This document shows positions 50,620 to 61,201 of a DNA stretch of 64,000 nucleotides, in pieces (position 1 is the first letter of the stretch; every line of letters starts with the position of its first letter). A model generated the notes under the pieces. It did no database searches and was not told the origin of the DNA. It was given only the letters and a program-made list of their open reading frames with translations. The position numbers were made by a program, and so were the translations under genes. Origin of the DNA: Synechococcus sp. (GTDB lineage: Bacteria; Cyanobacteriota; Cyanobacteriia; Thermostichales; PCC-7336); contig JBFRWN010000124.1 of assembly GCA_051439605.1 (NCBI GenBank), positions 1 through 64,000 of the forward strand, written 5' to 3'.

Positions 50620-51032
50620 CCTGACAAGACGGTCAGTCTTACCAGACTTTGATACTCAAAGATTGTCATACTCAGGCAGCTTTCGGAATCTTCGGCCGCG
50701 TCAGCGATCCAGTTGAGACCGTTGGCGTTGTTATAAACTGCATCTACAAATTGACGGGCTTTAGGGGGAACGTCGATGGCGTAGGTAATGAACCGCAACG
50801 CGACAGGGGTATACAAGATGTCTGCCACAGACAGCTGGCCAAATAGCCAAGGTCCTTCTCCCCCATATAGTTCGCGACATTCCGCCCACATCTGTAATAT
50901 GCGCTGTATTTCCCGCTGTGTTTTTGGGGCATAGCTGTCCATAGAACGGGGATTGTGGGCACGCAGATTTTGGGGCAGTTCCCGACGTACAAGAGGACTA
51001 GTTACGATTGCCAATCACCAGTTGGATTGCAT
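50620..51032 (-). pseudogene. Glutathione S-transferase remnant with a nonsense codon and a large internal deletion
   Basis: 5' part reads IQLVIGNRN*SS (GST N-terminal LVIGNxNYSSWS, TAG at 50998-51000). It is joined directly to C-terminal RRELPQN...IQRI...W..CR..YGG.GPWLFG..S.AD..Y.PV..RF.TY. Confidence 0.75.
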
Positions 51033-51072
51033 ATTGAGATCCCAAAGTCCTGAATAGCGATCGCCATCTCAG

Positions 51073-52269
51073 TTAGCCATCTGAACTCTGAGCATCTGTG
51101 AAGGTGTCTTCTTTCCTGCTAATATCTTCGTCCTGTTCTCCATCCCTAGTGGCCCTCGTCACCAGATTAGGTCGATCTGGATTGTTCAGCTGCATACTTT
51201 CACCCCGTAATGAGTTGTCCACTTCGCTAAGGGTGAAGCCTTTACTGTGCCAGCGATCGAAGATGTCAATCACGACCACTTCTTTGATCCACACCTGTAA
51301 AACTGCGGCCAGCGGTAAAGCCAGAAATAATCCTAAGAATCCAAAGAAACTCGCGAAAAAAACCTGGGCTATGAGAATGAAACCCGGTAAAAGGGGTACT
51401 TGTCTCGACATAACCACTGGCGTTAAAACAGCACTCTCGACATTTTGCAAAATCACGTACAGAATCAGTACCCCCACCGCTTTAATGGGAGCATCGGCAA
51501 TGGCAACCACTAGTGGGGGTAAGACGCTCAGTGTGGGACCAATATTGGGGATGAAGTTAAGCACCCCAGCGATCGCCGCATGGGCTAATACCAGCGGTAC
51601 GCCAATCAACCAGAGCCCCAATGCACTTAAGCTGGCGATAAAGATAGAGTTGATGACAACACCTACGCTCCAGCCCCGCAAAGCGCGATCGCACAAATGC
51701 AGAATGTAACGAATTCTTTGTCGATAAAACGCCGGAAAAATCCTCACAAAAGCATTAATGTAGGATTGCGGTTCCAGCAACAACAGAATCGTCAAAATCA
51801 GCACCAAAAATATGCCGATTGAAATATTAATCGCACTGCCGAGGGACTTGTTTAAAAAAAGTAACGATTGACTGACAAAATCTGTAGTTTTAGGGGCAAG
51901 GGTATTGAACAAGTCGTTGAGGCTGGGGAGTTCGATGTCGGTGGGGAGCCGGTCTAGGAGGCTATTGGCCAACGCTTCTAACGTTCTAAGTGCCTTTGGG
52001 ACTAGAGAAATCAACTGAGTGATTTGCTCAATTAAGGGTGGGAAGACTAGCAACCCTAATGTCCCCAGGAAGAATATCACCGTTAGAAAGGCGATCGCCA
52101 ATGATGGGCCGCGTTTCCAGCCATAGCGCTGTGGAACCCTAGCCAGGGTGTCGATGGCGACGGACAGCACAATCCCGGTAAATAACACCAACAGCAACTG
52201 CCGCACCTGCCAAAGCAAATAAAGCAGGGTGCAGAGGGCTATGAGGCCTGCCCATTGAGCGATGTTCAT
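51073..52269 (-). CDS. AI-2E family transporter
   Basis: Multiple TMs; LNFIPNIGP, Q..ES...TP and FFGFLGLFLALPL motifs. Confidence 0.9.
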   Translation of the reverse strand: MNIAQWAGLIALCTLLYLLWQVRQLLLVLFTGIVLSVAIDTLARVPQRYGWKRGPSLAIAFLTVIFFLGTLGLLVFPPLIEQITQLISLVPKALRTLEALANSLLDRLPTDIELPSLNDLFNTLAPKTTDFVSQSLLFLNKSLGSAINISIGIFLVLILTILLLLEPQSYINAFVRIFPAFYRQRIRYILHLCDRALRGWSVGVVINSIFIASLSALGLWLIGVPLVLAHAAIAGVLNFIPNIGPTLSVLPPLVVAIADAPIKAVGVLILYVILQNVESAVLTPVVMSRQVPLLPGFILIAQVFFASFFGFLGLFLALPLAAVLQVWIKEVVVIDIFDRWHSKGFTLSEVDNSLRGESMQLNNPDRPNLVTRATRDGEQDEDISRKEDTFTDAQSSDG

Positions 52270-52717
52270 GCAAATTCGACTGGTGGAAAGATGCCTCTAT
52301 TAATAGGTGAAAAAACAGAGTTCTGTCAGTGTAGGTGGTTTGTCAGCGTCATCCTGGCTTCGAATGTTTGTGCCGCTTTAGTTCCGGTCCGATTGATGAG
52401 GCTATGGGGATCGTCATGTCATTGAGGATTGCCATCAATCACCCAGCACGGAGCTTGGATTTGGCGCCCCTAACTGAATGGGCACACATCACTTGAGCGA
52501 TCCTGCTCAAAGACAGCAGGGTCTGGACCATGAAATCCATGCGTTTACTTCAGGTCAGCGCGGTATTGTCCCTATTGACTCCTTATTGACATAGAGAATA
52601 TTGCCTAGATGTATGCACGCACCTATACAAATCCAGCCATTGAAAGGAAGTGGGGAACGCGATCCTCTTAACTTTTTTTTCCTCCGCCTCTCAGCTCGGA
52701 CGTGATTAGATGTCAAT

Positions 52718-53995
52718 ATGGAAACCTTCGAAAACCTCCTCGATAATATAGGTATCGGTGTTGTCTGTACCGATCGTGAGGGGCGTGTTCAATTCTGGAA
52801 TCAAACGATGGAGGAATGGACGGGGGTGGTCCCCAACGTGATTTTGGACCATTCTTTGGCGACTTGCTTTCCGCAACTTCAACCGATTGTCGTGCAGGAG
52901 ACTTTACAAAATCCATGCTCCACTGCAGCTTCGTTTAAGCCTCCTCCCCTGCAGGCCGGTCATCCCCACCCTTCCTCTCAAACAGTTGTCACAGAGTTTC
53001 AGGCAAACGTCCGCGATATTGTCCAGGACTTAGATTTCCCCCCCCATTCCGAACAACAGCATTCGGGCATTGAGGTAAACCCACCGAAGAGCGAACGGGT
53101 CACTTTGCAACCGTCATCAAAATTGGAGTCTTCAGAGTACTCTGAATCCACTGCTTTCAAACACTCTCAAGTTAACTCCCGCAATTGGTATCGCATCTGG
53201 ACATTCCAACCCCGTCAACAACAGCTGGAGCAGGCTCATGCAGATTTTGTTGCAGCTGTCAGTCACGAGTTGCGCACACCCTTAACCAGTATTAAAGGGT
53301 TTGTGGATACGCTTCTACAATGCCACGGTCAGCTTTCGTTAGAACAGGAACAAAGATTCCTCAAAATTGTCAAAAGCCAAGCGGATCGCCTAATTCATAT
53401 GGTAGAGGATGTGTTGTTGGTGTCTCATTTGCAATCGGGAAACCTGCACAGCTCTGTCCAACAGCTTGCATTATCCGAGTCCTTCCACCGCGTTCTCTCC
53501 GACTTTACCAGCGAGCAACAGGAGCGGGTAAAGCTCAGTTTGTTGCCGGGTTTACCCACTGTTTGGGCTGACCCCGATCGCCTAGACCAAATTTTGCGAA
53601 ATCTGCTCAATAATGCGCTGTCATTTTCCGATGACGATCAACCTGTTCTCGTGGAAGCAGCTCTGCATGCCAAGGATCCCAATCGCGTGAACATTACCAT
53701 TCAGGACTTTGGGTGTGGGATGGATGAAGAGCAGCTCAACCAGCTTTTCCAGCGATTTAACCAAGTGCAAAACCCCCTCACCCGTGGCGATCGCGCCGGA
53801 ACAGGATTGGGTTTGTACATCACCAAGTCGTTAGTGGAGTCTTTTGGAGGAAACATCAAAATTGAAAGTACAGTGAACCAAGGCACCACCTGCCACGTCG
53901 ATCTACCCAGTGCCCCCGACATTCGCTGGACTCCCCCCCAATCGTTTGCCAGCAATTCTGAACCTGTGCCCGAATGGGCTAATTTTTTACTTTGA
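52718..53995 (+). CDS. PAS-domain sensor histidine kinase
   Basis: N-terminal PAS; SHELRTPLTSIKG, QIL.NLL.NA, D.G.G and GTGLGL motifs. Confidence 0.92.
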   Translation: METFENLLDNIGIGVVCTDREGRVQFWNQTMEEWTGVVPNVILDHSLATCFPQLQPIVVQETLQNPCSTAASFKPPPLQAGHPHPSSQTVVTEFQANVRDIVQDLDFPPHSEQQHSGIEVNPPKSERVTLQPSSKLESSEYSESTAFKHSQVNSRNWYRIWTFQPRQQQLEQAHADFVAAVSHELRTPLTSIKGFVDTLLQCHGQLSLEQEQRFLKIVKSQADRLIHMVEDVLLVSHLQSGNLHSSVQQLALSESFHRVLSDFTSEQQERVKLSLLPGLPTVWADPDRLDQILRNLLNNALSFSDDDQPVLVEAALHAKDPNRVNITIQDFGCGMDEEQLNQLFQRFNQVQNPLTRGDRAGTGLGLYITKSLVESFGGNIKIESTVNQGTTCHVDLPSAPDIRWTPPQSFASNSEPVPEWANFLL

Positions 53996-54025
53996 AGCTT
54001 CGGGCTGGCAGAATCAAAAACCTCT

Positions 54026-55072
54026 ATGGGCTTAATTCCTAACACGTCTAACAGAAATTCCGAACTTGAGAGGGATACCTCCCTCGAGCTTGATGACTAC
54101 CTCAAGCAGGAATTTGTTCTGCGAAAAGACTGGGTGTTGCTCTACGTAGACCTGAGATATTTTCGTGCCTACAACCAGTTTTACGGGTTTGTGGCCGGAG
54201 AGCAGATGCTAAAAGCCTTGCAATTGTTGCTGCAGGAGGAGCTACCGGCTGACTGCCATTTATTTCGTGCAGGGGGAGACGAATATTTAGCGTTTTCCAC
54301 ACGGAGTAGGGCGGAACGCGATGCCGCGAACATTTGCGAACGTTGGAAAAGAATTCGCGGCCAGTTTTACCATCCTCGGGATGTGCAGCGGGGATTTTTG
54401 GTGGGCAACGGCCGTCGCGGGATTGGCTGTCGTTGCCCGTTGGTACAGGTGTGTGTGGGCCTCGTCTCTGGAGATCGCTATTTAGATCCCAGGCACCATA
54501 TTGGCGATATTTGTTCCGCTGCTGTGGCCACAAATGCATTAGCCCGCTGCCAGCGGCAAAGTACCTTCGTTACTGAAGATCTATTACAACAAGCCTTGCT
54601 TAGCAAGCACGAGTCTAGTCCAGCTCAGCAAACAGCTCTGGAAATGTGGCTGCATGCCAGGGCCCCTAAGGGCAGAGTATTGGGGGTGATCCCCGACGCA
54701 CCTCTTGCCTACCTACTGCAGGTGAGGTTGGAACTAGAGGGATATCCCATTCGACTCACCACAACAGCAAAGGAGGCCGAACAGTTGATATCAGATTGGC
54801 AGCCGGAGGTGATTGTGGTGGACCCCGACCCAGTGTTGAGCACCTGTCGTTTTTTGCGGTCTCTGTTAAGCGATCCCGATCGGCTATTGGTGGCCTTAGC
54901 TAGCGATAGCGATCGGATTGCAATCTTAGAGGCAGGTGTCGACCTCTACGTTCCCAAGCCATTTGATTTTAACGATTTATTGTATTGGCTCGAGCGTCTG
55001 CGCCAATCCCATCTCAAAGCTGTGGATGCCACCCCATATGCTGCCCGCCCGTATGCCTCACTTCAGGCATAA
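54026..55072 (+). CDS. GGDEF-like domain with C-terminal atypical receiver domain
   Basis: YVDLRYFRAYNQFYGF..G and AGGDEY; receiver with IVVD and KPF but no N-terminal acidic pair. Confidence 0.8.
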   Translation: MGLIPNTSNRNSELERDTSLELDDYLKQEFVLRKDWVLLYVDLRYFRAYNQFYGFVAGEQMLKALQLLLQEELPADCHLFRAGGDEYLAFSTRSRAERDAANICERWKRIRGQFYHPRDVQRGFLVGNGRRGIGCRCPLVQVCVGLVSGDRYLDPRHHIGDICSAAVATNALARCQRQSTFVTEDLLQQALLSKHESSPAQQTALEMWLHARAPKGRVLGVIPDAPLAYLLQVRLELEGYPIRLTTTAKEAEQLISDWQPEVIVVDPDPVLSTCRFLRSLLSDPDRLLVALASDSDRIAILEAGVDLYVPKPFDFNDLLYWLERLRQSHLKAVDATPYAARPYASLQA

Positions 55073-55199
55073 CGATGCGTTGGTTATTACGGGCATGGGG
55101 ACAGCTTTTTCAGAAAGATGCTATTTCCCTGAGTTTGAATTTTCATAGAGCTTGGATCGTCAACCAGCATCAATTGATTATCGGGATGCGGCTGAGAGG

Positions 55200-55799
55200 A
55201 AGTTAGCACTCTGTGTTCCTTGTGCGGACAACATCACGTGTCGATCGAGGCAATCAAAACAAGGCGAGAGTTACTCTGAACAGCCTAACTTGCGCTAGGG
55301 TTGGTCTTCTGTCTGCGAATACGGTTTGAGTTACCGATAGGAATCGTGCATTGCACGAGCGAGCGCGCCAGGCACCATGGATTGGCTTTGCGAGTAAACG
55401 GTATTGCCGTGGTCTGCAGTCGCTAACCATTGAGTGCTTGTGGCAACAGCAGCCAAAACAAAGGAAACAAGGACAACTTTGATAGACACAGACATGGATG
55501 GGACCCACTTGGTTCAGTATTTGCTTCTGTGTTGACTATAGAAATTCTCCAATGCCCGTTCAGCGGGACTGAAGTCACATTCAGCCTCTGCGACGGCGCA
55601 CAGTTGACTCATCCATCTGCGCAACTGAAATGGATGCTGTCAAGTAATCCAGTTGCGCAGATGTGCAACGCGACAGCTATGGAGCCCAATTCACCTCAGA
55701 GTTGTCAGTGACAGGCGTCACATCCATCCCCTAAGTCGCTGGATAGGGTTGATGTACGGAAACTTGTGGTTGGGTCGCCCTTCGGGGCGACCTTTTTTT
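55200..55799 (+). ncRNA. Candidate long structured non-coding RNA (unassigned)
   Basis: Hairpin-dense region with no credible ORF, ending in a strong plus-strand terminator; 5' end unknown. Confidence 0.4.
55773..55799 (+). terminator. Intrinsic terminator
   Basis: GGTCGCCC-TTCG-GGGCGACC followed by T7. Confidence 0.9.
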
Positions 55800-55906
55800 A
55801 CCATCTTCAATGAATCGATTGCTGCCTTCAACTCGCCAAGAACATCTCAGCGACATAGAACCCTTGCTGTGCATAGAGGTTGCTGTTCTAACTGATATGA
55901 CAGCAG

Positions 55907-56821
55907 CTACATACGTTCCTTAAACAATCCGTTGGTGACCAAGTTATTACGTTGGCTGTAGCTCAGGACCGTGTTGACCAAGAGCATGGTGACGGTCATC
56001 GGCCCTACGCCTCCAGGGACTGGTGTAATAGCACCTGCGATCGCCTTAGCACTTTCAAAATCGATATCCCCCACCAAACGTCCTTTGCCCTCCGGGGTAG
56101 GGATGCGGTTAATTCCCACATCGATCGCCACTGCCCCTGGTTTAAGCATCGAGGCATCCACTAATCCAGGACATCCAACTGCCACCACTAAAATATCTGC
56201 ACTGCGGGCGACAGCCGCTAGATCCGGGGTGCGGGAGTGAGCCATTGTGACAGTAGCATTTTGCTCCAGCAACATTAAGCTAACAGGTTTGCCCACCAGT
56301 AAACTGCGACCAATGACGACGGCATGTTTTCCAGCGACTTCAATGTTGCCATCCCGCAAAATCTCCATCACCCCTGCAGGTGTACAGCTGCGCAGCCCCG
56401 GTTCCCCACGCATTAGCCGCCCCATGTTGGTGGGGTGCAGACCGTCGGCATCTTTCTCAGGGTCAATGGCCAGGAGTAACTCGCGATCGTCCAGCCCCTC
56501 AGGAAGAGGAAGTTGCACCAAAATCCCATCGACGCGATTGTCCTCATTCATGGAAAGGATAGTGTCTCGCAGTTCCGATTGGGACACCGAAGCTGGAAAG
56601 TGCTTGCCAAACGACGCAATTCCCACCCGCTCGCACGATCGCTCTTTATTGCGCACGTATGCGGCACTGGCAGGATTATCGCCCGCCATCAACACTGCTA
56701 AACCGGGGGGGCGACCCACCTGCTCTACAAACTCAGCCACCTTTTCTTTTAACTTGGCCTGGATTCTTTGAGCTAAAGCTTTGCCGTCTAGGATGGTGGC
56801 GAGATGTTCGCTGGTTGCCAT
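55907..56821 (-). CDS. folD: Methylenetetrahydrofolate dehydrogenase/cyclohydrolase
   Basis: [42 protein letters not shown] and [11 protein letters not shown] motifs. Confidence 0.97.
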   Translation of the reverse strand: MATSEHLATILDGKALAQRIQAKLKEKVAEFVEQVGRPPGLAVLMAGDNPASAAYVRNKERSCERVGIASFGKHFPASVSQSELRDTILSMNEDNRVDGILVQLPLPEGLDDRELLLAIDPEKDADGLHPTNMGRLMRGEPGLRSCTPAGVMEILRDGNIEVAGKHAVVIGRSLLVGKPVSLMLLEQNATVTMAHSRTPDLAAVARSADILVVAVGCPGLVDASMLKPGAVAIDVGINRIPTPEGKGRLVGDIDFESAKAIAGAITPVPGGVGPMTVTMLLVNTVLSYSQRNNLVTNGLFKERM

Positions 56822-56850
56822 GGTTGGAGGCCTCTAGATGTCTGATTCCC

Positions 56851-57447
56851 CTATAGCAGCGGTAAATTGGCAGCTATCAATTGCGACTTTAACCGCTGGA
56901 GGGCCTTGCCGCGATGCCCGATCGCCCGCTTGCGATCGGTGGGCATTTCCGCAAAAGTCATGTTAGCTTCAGGGACGAAAAACACCGGATCGTATCCAAA
57001 GCCGCCCGTCCCTTGCCGATGAGTGAGAATCTCCCCGCGACAGCGAGCGCTGGCTTGGGCTGCGATGGATCCATCCGGTCGGCAAAGCACAATTTCGCAG
57101 ACAAATTCCGCCCCCCGCTCTTCCTTTCCAGACAGCTCGGATAAGAGGCGGTCGATGCATTCGCTGGGGGTGGGGGCATAGCGAGCAGAATAGACCCCGG
57201 GTGCCCCATTTAAAGCATCAACTGACAAACCAGAATCATCTGCTAGGGCCCATTGTCCCGTGGCGATCGCCACTCCCCTCGCCTTGAGGATCGCGTTTTC
57301 TGCAAATGTCGTCCCAGTTTCCTCGATCTCTACATCAGATGGTTTCAGCAGTAGCTCCCAAGGATGGTCTCCCAGTTGCTCAAAAAACTGTTGGAATTCT
57401 TTAAGTTTGCCTGGGTTCCCGGTGGCAACAATGAGCGGTACGGTCAA
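56851..57447 (-). CDS. rdgB: Non-canonical purine NTP pyrophosphatase (RdgB/HAM1)
   Basis: ATGNPGKLKE, ENA..KA, ADDSGL.V.AL.G.PG.YSAR, GFGYDP and HRG.A motifs. Confidence 0.95.
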   Translation of the reverse strand: MTVPLIVATGNPGKLKEFQQFFEQLGDHPWELLLKPSDVEIEETGTTFAENAILKARGVAIATGQWALADDSGLSVDALNGAPGVYSARYAPTPSECIDRLLSELSGKEERGAEFVCEIVLCRPDGSIAAQASARCRGEILTHRQGTGGFGYDPVFFVPEANMTFAEMPTDRKRAIGHRGKALQRLKSQLIAANLPLL

Positions 57448-57483
57448 CGGAATGAGTCCTTGTCGCGAGTATTGATCGAGAAT

Positions 57484-58071
57484 TTAACCAGCGGCGATCG
57501 CTGCTGGCGACCAGTTAGAGACGATGGATTGGCTAATTTCGTTAGCTTTTGCGGGATTAACGAGCTCAGCGACCAGCTGTAGGGCGAATTCTACAGCGGT
57601 ACCTGCCCCACGGCTGGTGACGATATGGCCGTCCACAACAACGCGGTTGGTGCTGTATTTGCCCACCTCTAGACGATCGCGGACGCTGGGAAAACTGGTA
57701 GCGGTACGGTGCTTGAGTAAGCCTGCCTGCGATAGCACTAAGGGGGCTGCACAAATAGCAGCGGTACATTTGCGTGCTTTATCGAACTGCAAAACTAATT
57801 GCCCCAAAGTGACGCACTCTAACAGTGCTTTAACCCCTGGTCCTCCAGGAATGACAAGTGCGTCAAACTGATTGACAAGGGTTTCACTCCAGATCTCGTT
57901 CAACGTAGTGTCCGGCTGGAGGGGAATAGAATGGCTACCGGTAACCAGTTGGTTGGGTTGGCTGACTCCGGCAACCGTGACTTCGATGTCTGCCCGTCGC
58001 AAAATATCAATCATCGAAACCGCTTCGATTTCCTCAAAGCCGTCCACCAACGGTACCAATACTCGAACCAC
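57484..58071 (-). CDS. DJ-1/YajL/PfpI family protein
   Basis: GFEEIEA, D.LRRA, PGG.G, AICAAP and TSRG.GTA motifs. Confidence 0.92.
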   Translation of the reverse strand: MVRVLVPLVDGFEEIEAVSMIDILRRADIEVTVAGVSQPNQLVTGSHSIPLQPDTTLNEIWSETLVNQFDALVIPGGPGVKALLECVTLGQLVLQFDKARKCTAAICAAPLVLSQAGLLKHRTATSFPSVRDRLEVGKYSTNRVVVDGHIVTSRGAGTAVEFALQLVAELVNPAKANEISQSIVSNWSPAAIAAG

Positions 58072-58366
58072 TATTTCGGCCTCTCTACTTCCCAACAAAG
58101 CGGCGCTTCACAGACAGCAACCTTCATTCCTCTGAGGGCATTTCATCAGCCGTAGCCCTTTGTGGCAGGAAATTTACGAAACCAATCAAAGTGCCCCCCT
58201 CTATAACTGTTAGCACAAACCTACTGTCTAGAACCCACTGCAAAAGGTCTCTCTAAAGTTTCACCAATAGACAACGACGAATTCTTTTACATTCGATTCT
58301 CCTCAAACAGCCATCTGGATATTCCCACTTGGTATGTTTTGAGTTCCACAAGTGAAGCCACTGCAA

Positions 58367-59434
58367 CTAGCTTGCTGTCGCGAGAGGAACGAACCGCTGC
58401 CAGCTGAAATGACTGAGTAATGCATCTTCTTGCCCCCTCAATATGAGATCTGCCATGATGCGGGCGGTGGCTGGCACCAACAAAATACCGTTGCGGTGGT
58501 GACCCGTAGCCAGGTAGAGATTTGCTTGCGGGCCACGACCCAGTACGGGTAACAGATCGGGGGTGGTGGGCCTGTATCCCCACCAGGTTTCCAGTAGGGT
58601 CAAGTGCTGGATTTTGGGATAAATAGCGATCGCCCGCTCTAACAAGCCATGGATGGCTCCGCCAGTATTGCCCTCCTCAAATCCCACATCTTCCTCTGTT
58701 GCACCAATCACAATGCGACCGTCCTGACGAGGCACGATATAAATCCCCCGCCCAAACAGGACATGCTGCAACTGACAGTCGGGATCGAACACCGACATCA
58801 TCTGCCCCTTTAGGGGACGTACGGGAAGGGGTAGCAACTGACCGGAGTAAGCTCCTGTGGCTAGGACAAAATTGTTGGCCTCTAAGCGGCCGCGAGAGGT
58901 GTGTACGGCCCGAACGTGCGTCCCCTCCACATCCCAATTCTGCACTTCAGTTTTACTGATAACGACTACTCCAGCTTCCGTTAGGGCTGCCCGGAGAGAT
59001 GTCACCAATTGGCGGTTGTCTACTTGCCCTTCCTGAGGTAGCCAAGCTGCTCCAACGACGCTCTCCCCCAAACCGGCTTGCAGTTCCTTTAGCTCGCTTG
59101 CCGATAAATAGCGATCGCCCGTTAACTCTTCCCCCTGCAAGCAGGGTCGCAAAATACCGCAGAGCCAGTACCCCGTGGGAGTTCCAGACAGGGTTTCTAA
59201 ATTGGCAGACCATTCAGGGTATGAGGCCAAGCTGCGCAGGCAAAACTTCAACAACGGTCCATCTTCTAATTCTTCAGCCCGAGGCGCCAGCATTCCTGCC
59301 GCCGCCCAACTAGCTTGCTTGCCCACCTCGCTGCGCTCAACCAGTGCCACCTTGTAACCACCCAGTGACAGCTCGTAGGCGATCGCCATTCCGATCGCCC
59401 CACCTCCAACGACGATTGCATCCCACTTCGGCAC
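58367..59434 (-). CDS. thiO: Glycine oxidase
   Basis: VGGG.IG, ASWAAAGML, GQVDNR, P.KGQM, YIVPR, RP.TPD and GH.RNGILL.P motifs. Confidence 0.93.
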   Translation of the reverse strand: MPKWDAIVVGGGAIGMAIAYELSLGGYKVALVERSEVGKQASWAAAGMLAPRAEELEDGPLLKFCLRSLASYPEWSANLETLSGTPTGYWLCGILRPCLQGEELTGDRYLSASELKELQAGLGESVVGAAWLPQEGQVDNRQLVTSLRAALTEAGVVVISKTEVQNWDVEGTHVRAVHTSRGRLEANNFVLATGAYSGQLLPLPVRPLKGQMMSVFDPDCQLQHVLFGRGIYIVPRQDGRIVIGATEEDVGFEEGNTGGAIHGLLERAIAIYPKIQHLTLLETWWGYRPTTPDLLPVLGRGPQANLYLATGHHRNGILLVPATARIMADLILRGQEDALLSHFSWQRFVPLATAS

Positions 59435-59692
59435 GGTTTTTCCTGCTTTACGATGGCTTCGAAGGCCAGTCTAGAGGGGTTCCAGCTTTTCCTCAAGAAA
59501 TGGCCATTGGTTGACTCGCTCGATGTGCCTGTCAGTTGCGTCCAGTTTCTCATCCAATGTCACCCTCCATTGACTCTGACCACGAGGTGTAGGTTCAGCC
59601 TCTTGCCCAGCAGTACGCTAGACTATGTCCTTGTTTGGGCCTGCTCGTGTAAGTCCATTCGTTGCTATTTGTACCTATAAGGTTGGCTGTCA

Positions 59693-61144
59693 ATGTCTGC
59701 GATTCGCGCCCTTCAATCACAGTTACAGCAAGGAGACCGCACTGCCACAGATATCGCGCTGGAATACTTGAATCGAGCCAAGCAACTGGAACCTCAACTG
59801 AAAAGCTTCATCGCCCTGACGGAAGAGAAAGCATTAGAACAGGCTGCAGCAGTAGATGCACGATTGAAGGCCGGTGAAACGTTAGGTCCCTTAGCCGGAA
59901 TTCCCATCGCGATTAAAGACAACATGTGCACCAAGGGGATTGAAACCACCTGTGCTTCCAAAATTTTGCAAGGATTTGTTCCCCCCTACGAGTCCACAGT
60001 GACGCATAAATTGGCTGAAGCTGGCGCCATCATGGTGGGTAAAACAAACCTTGATGAGTTTGCTATGGGCAGTTCTACAGAGAACTCGGCTATTCAGTTG
60101 ACGGCAAACCCTTGGGATTTAGATCGAGTTCCAGGGGGATCTTCGGGGGGGTCTGCAGCAGCGGTGTCTGCCGATCAGGCAGTTATTTCTATTGGTTCGG
60201 ACACAGGGGGGTCAATTCGTCAGCCAGCTGCATTTTGCGGGGTGGTGGGAATGAAGCCTACCTACGGACTGGTTTCCCGCTATGGGTTAGTCGCCTTTGC
60301 CTCTTCTCTCGATCAGGTGGGTCCTTTCGCTCGTTCTGTGGAAGATGCTGCACTATTGCTACAGGCGATCGCCGGTCACGATCCGATGGATGCCACTAGC
60401 CTAGATGTCGAGATTCCAGATTATTCCTCATCGTTGACTCCCGACATCAAAGGCATGCGCATCGGTGTCATCGAAGAATTGATGGGGGAAGGGTGCGAAC
60501 CTGACGTACGGGAGTTGGTGCAGCAGGCGATCGATCGCTATCGCGAGTTAGGGGCTGAAATTGTCACAGTAGAATGCCCGACGTTCAAGTACGGTCTAGC
60601 CACTTATTACATCATTGCCCCGTCCGAGGCTTCCGCTAACTTGGCTCGTTACGACGGGGTTAAGTACGGTATGCGAGAGGAGGCTGATTCCCTTATCGGT
60701 ATGTATGCCAAAACTCGGGACAAAGGTTTTGGCCCCGAAGTAAAGCGTCGCATCATGATTGGTACGTATGCCCTTTCCGCTGGCTATTACGATGCCTACT
60801 ACCTGAAAGCGCAAAAAGTCCGTACTTTGATCGCGCGTGATTTTGAGAAGGCGTTCGGTCAAGCTGACGTGTTGTTAAGTCCTACATCCCCTAGCGTTGC
60901 ATTTAAGGCAGGCGATAAAACGGACGATCCCCTCAGCATGTACTTGTCTGACTTGATGACTATTCCTGTTAATTTGGCTGGTTTACCGGGGTTGAGCTTG
61001 CCCTGTGGCTTTTCTCAAGGATTGCCGGTGGGGCTGCAGCTGATCGGTAAGGCTTTGGGAGAGTCTCAATTATTTCAGGCTGCTTATGCCTACGAGCAGG
61101 CAACCACCTGGCACCAACAGAAACCACAAATCGCCACGGCATAG
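59693..61144 (+). CDS. gatA: Asp/Glu-tRNA amidotransferase subunit A
   Basis: [49 protein letters not shown] and EVKRRIMIG motifs. Confidence 0.98.
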   Translation: MSAIRALQSQLQQGDRTATDIALEYLNRAKQLEPQLKSFIALTEEKALEQAAAVDARLKAGETLGPLAGIPIAIKDNMCTKGIETTCASKILQGFVPPYESTVTHKLAEAGAIMVGKTNLDEFAMGSSTENSAIQLTANPWDLDRVPGGSSGGSAAAVSADQAVISIGSDTGGSIRQPAAFCGVVGMKPTYGLVSRYGLVAFASSLDQVGPFARSVEDAALLLQAIAGHDPMDATSLDVEIPDYSSSLTPDIKGMRIGVIEELMGEGCEPDVRELVQQAIDRYRELGAEIVTVECPTFKYGLATYYIIAPSEASANLARYDGVKYGMREEADSLIGMYAKTRDKGFGPEVKRRIMIGTYALSAGYYDAYYLKAQKVRTLIARDFEKAFGQADVLLSPTSPSVAFKAGDKTDDPLSMYLSDLMTIPVNLAGLPGLSLPCGFSQGLPVGLQLIGKALGESQLFQAAYAYEQATTWHQQKPQIATA

Positions 61145-61201
61145 GCCGCTACTTTTCTAGCATAGGCCGCTACTTTTCTAGCGTAGGCCGCTACTTTTCT
61201 A
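61139..61201. repeat. Three 21 bp tandem repeats between convergent genes
   Basis: GC(A/G)TAGGCCGCTACTTTTCTA at 61139, 61160 and 61181. Confidence 0.95.

Noticed and set aside
55180..55300. TPP riboswitch suggested by CTGAGA, given thiD and thiO in the window
   Set aside because: The other conserved TPP elements are absent and the site is not upstream of a thiamine gene.
55430..55711. 93 aa ORF in the structured intergenic region
   Set aside because: TTG start, no RBS and no recognisable protein features; it overlaps the hairpins.
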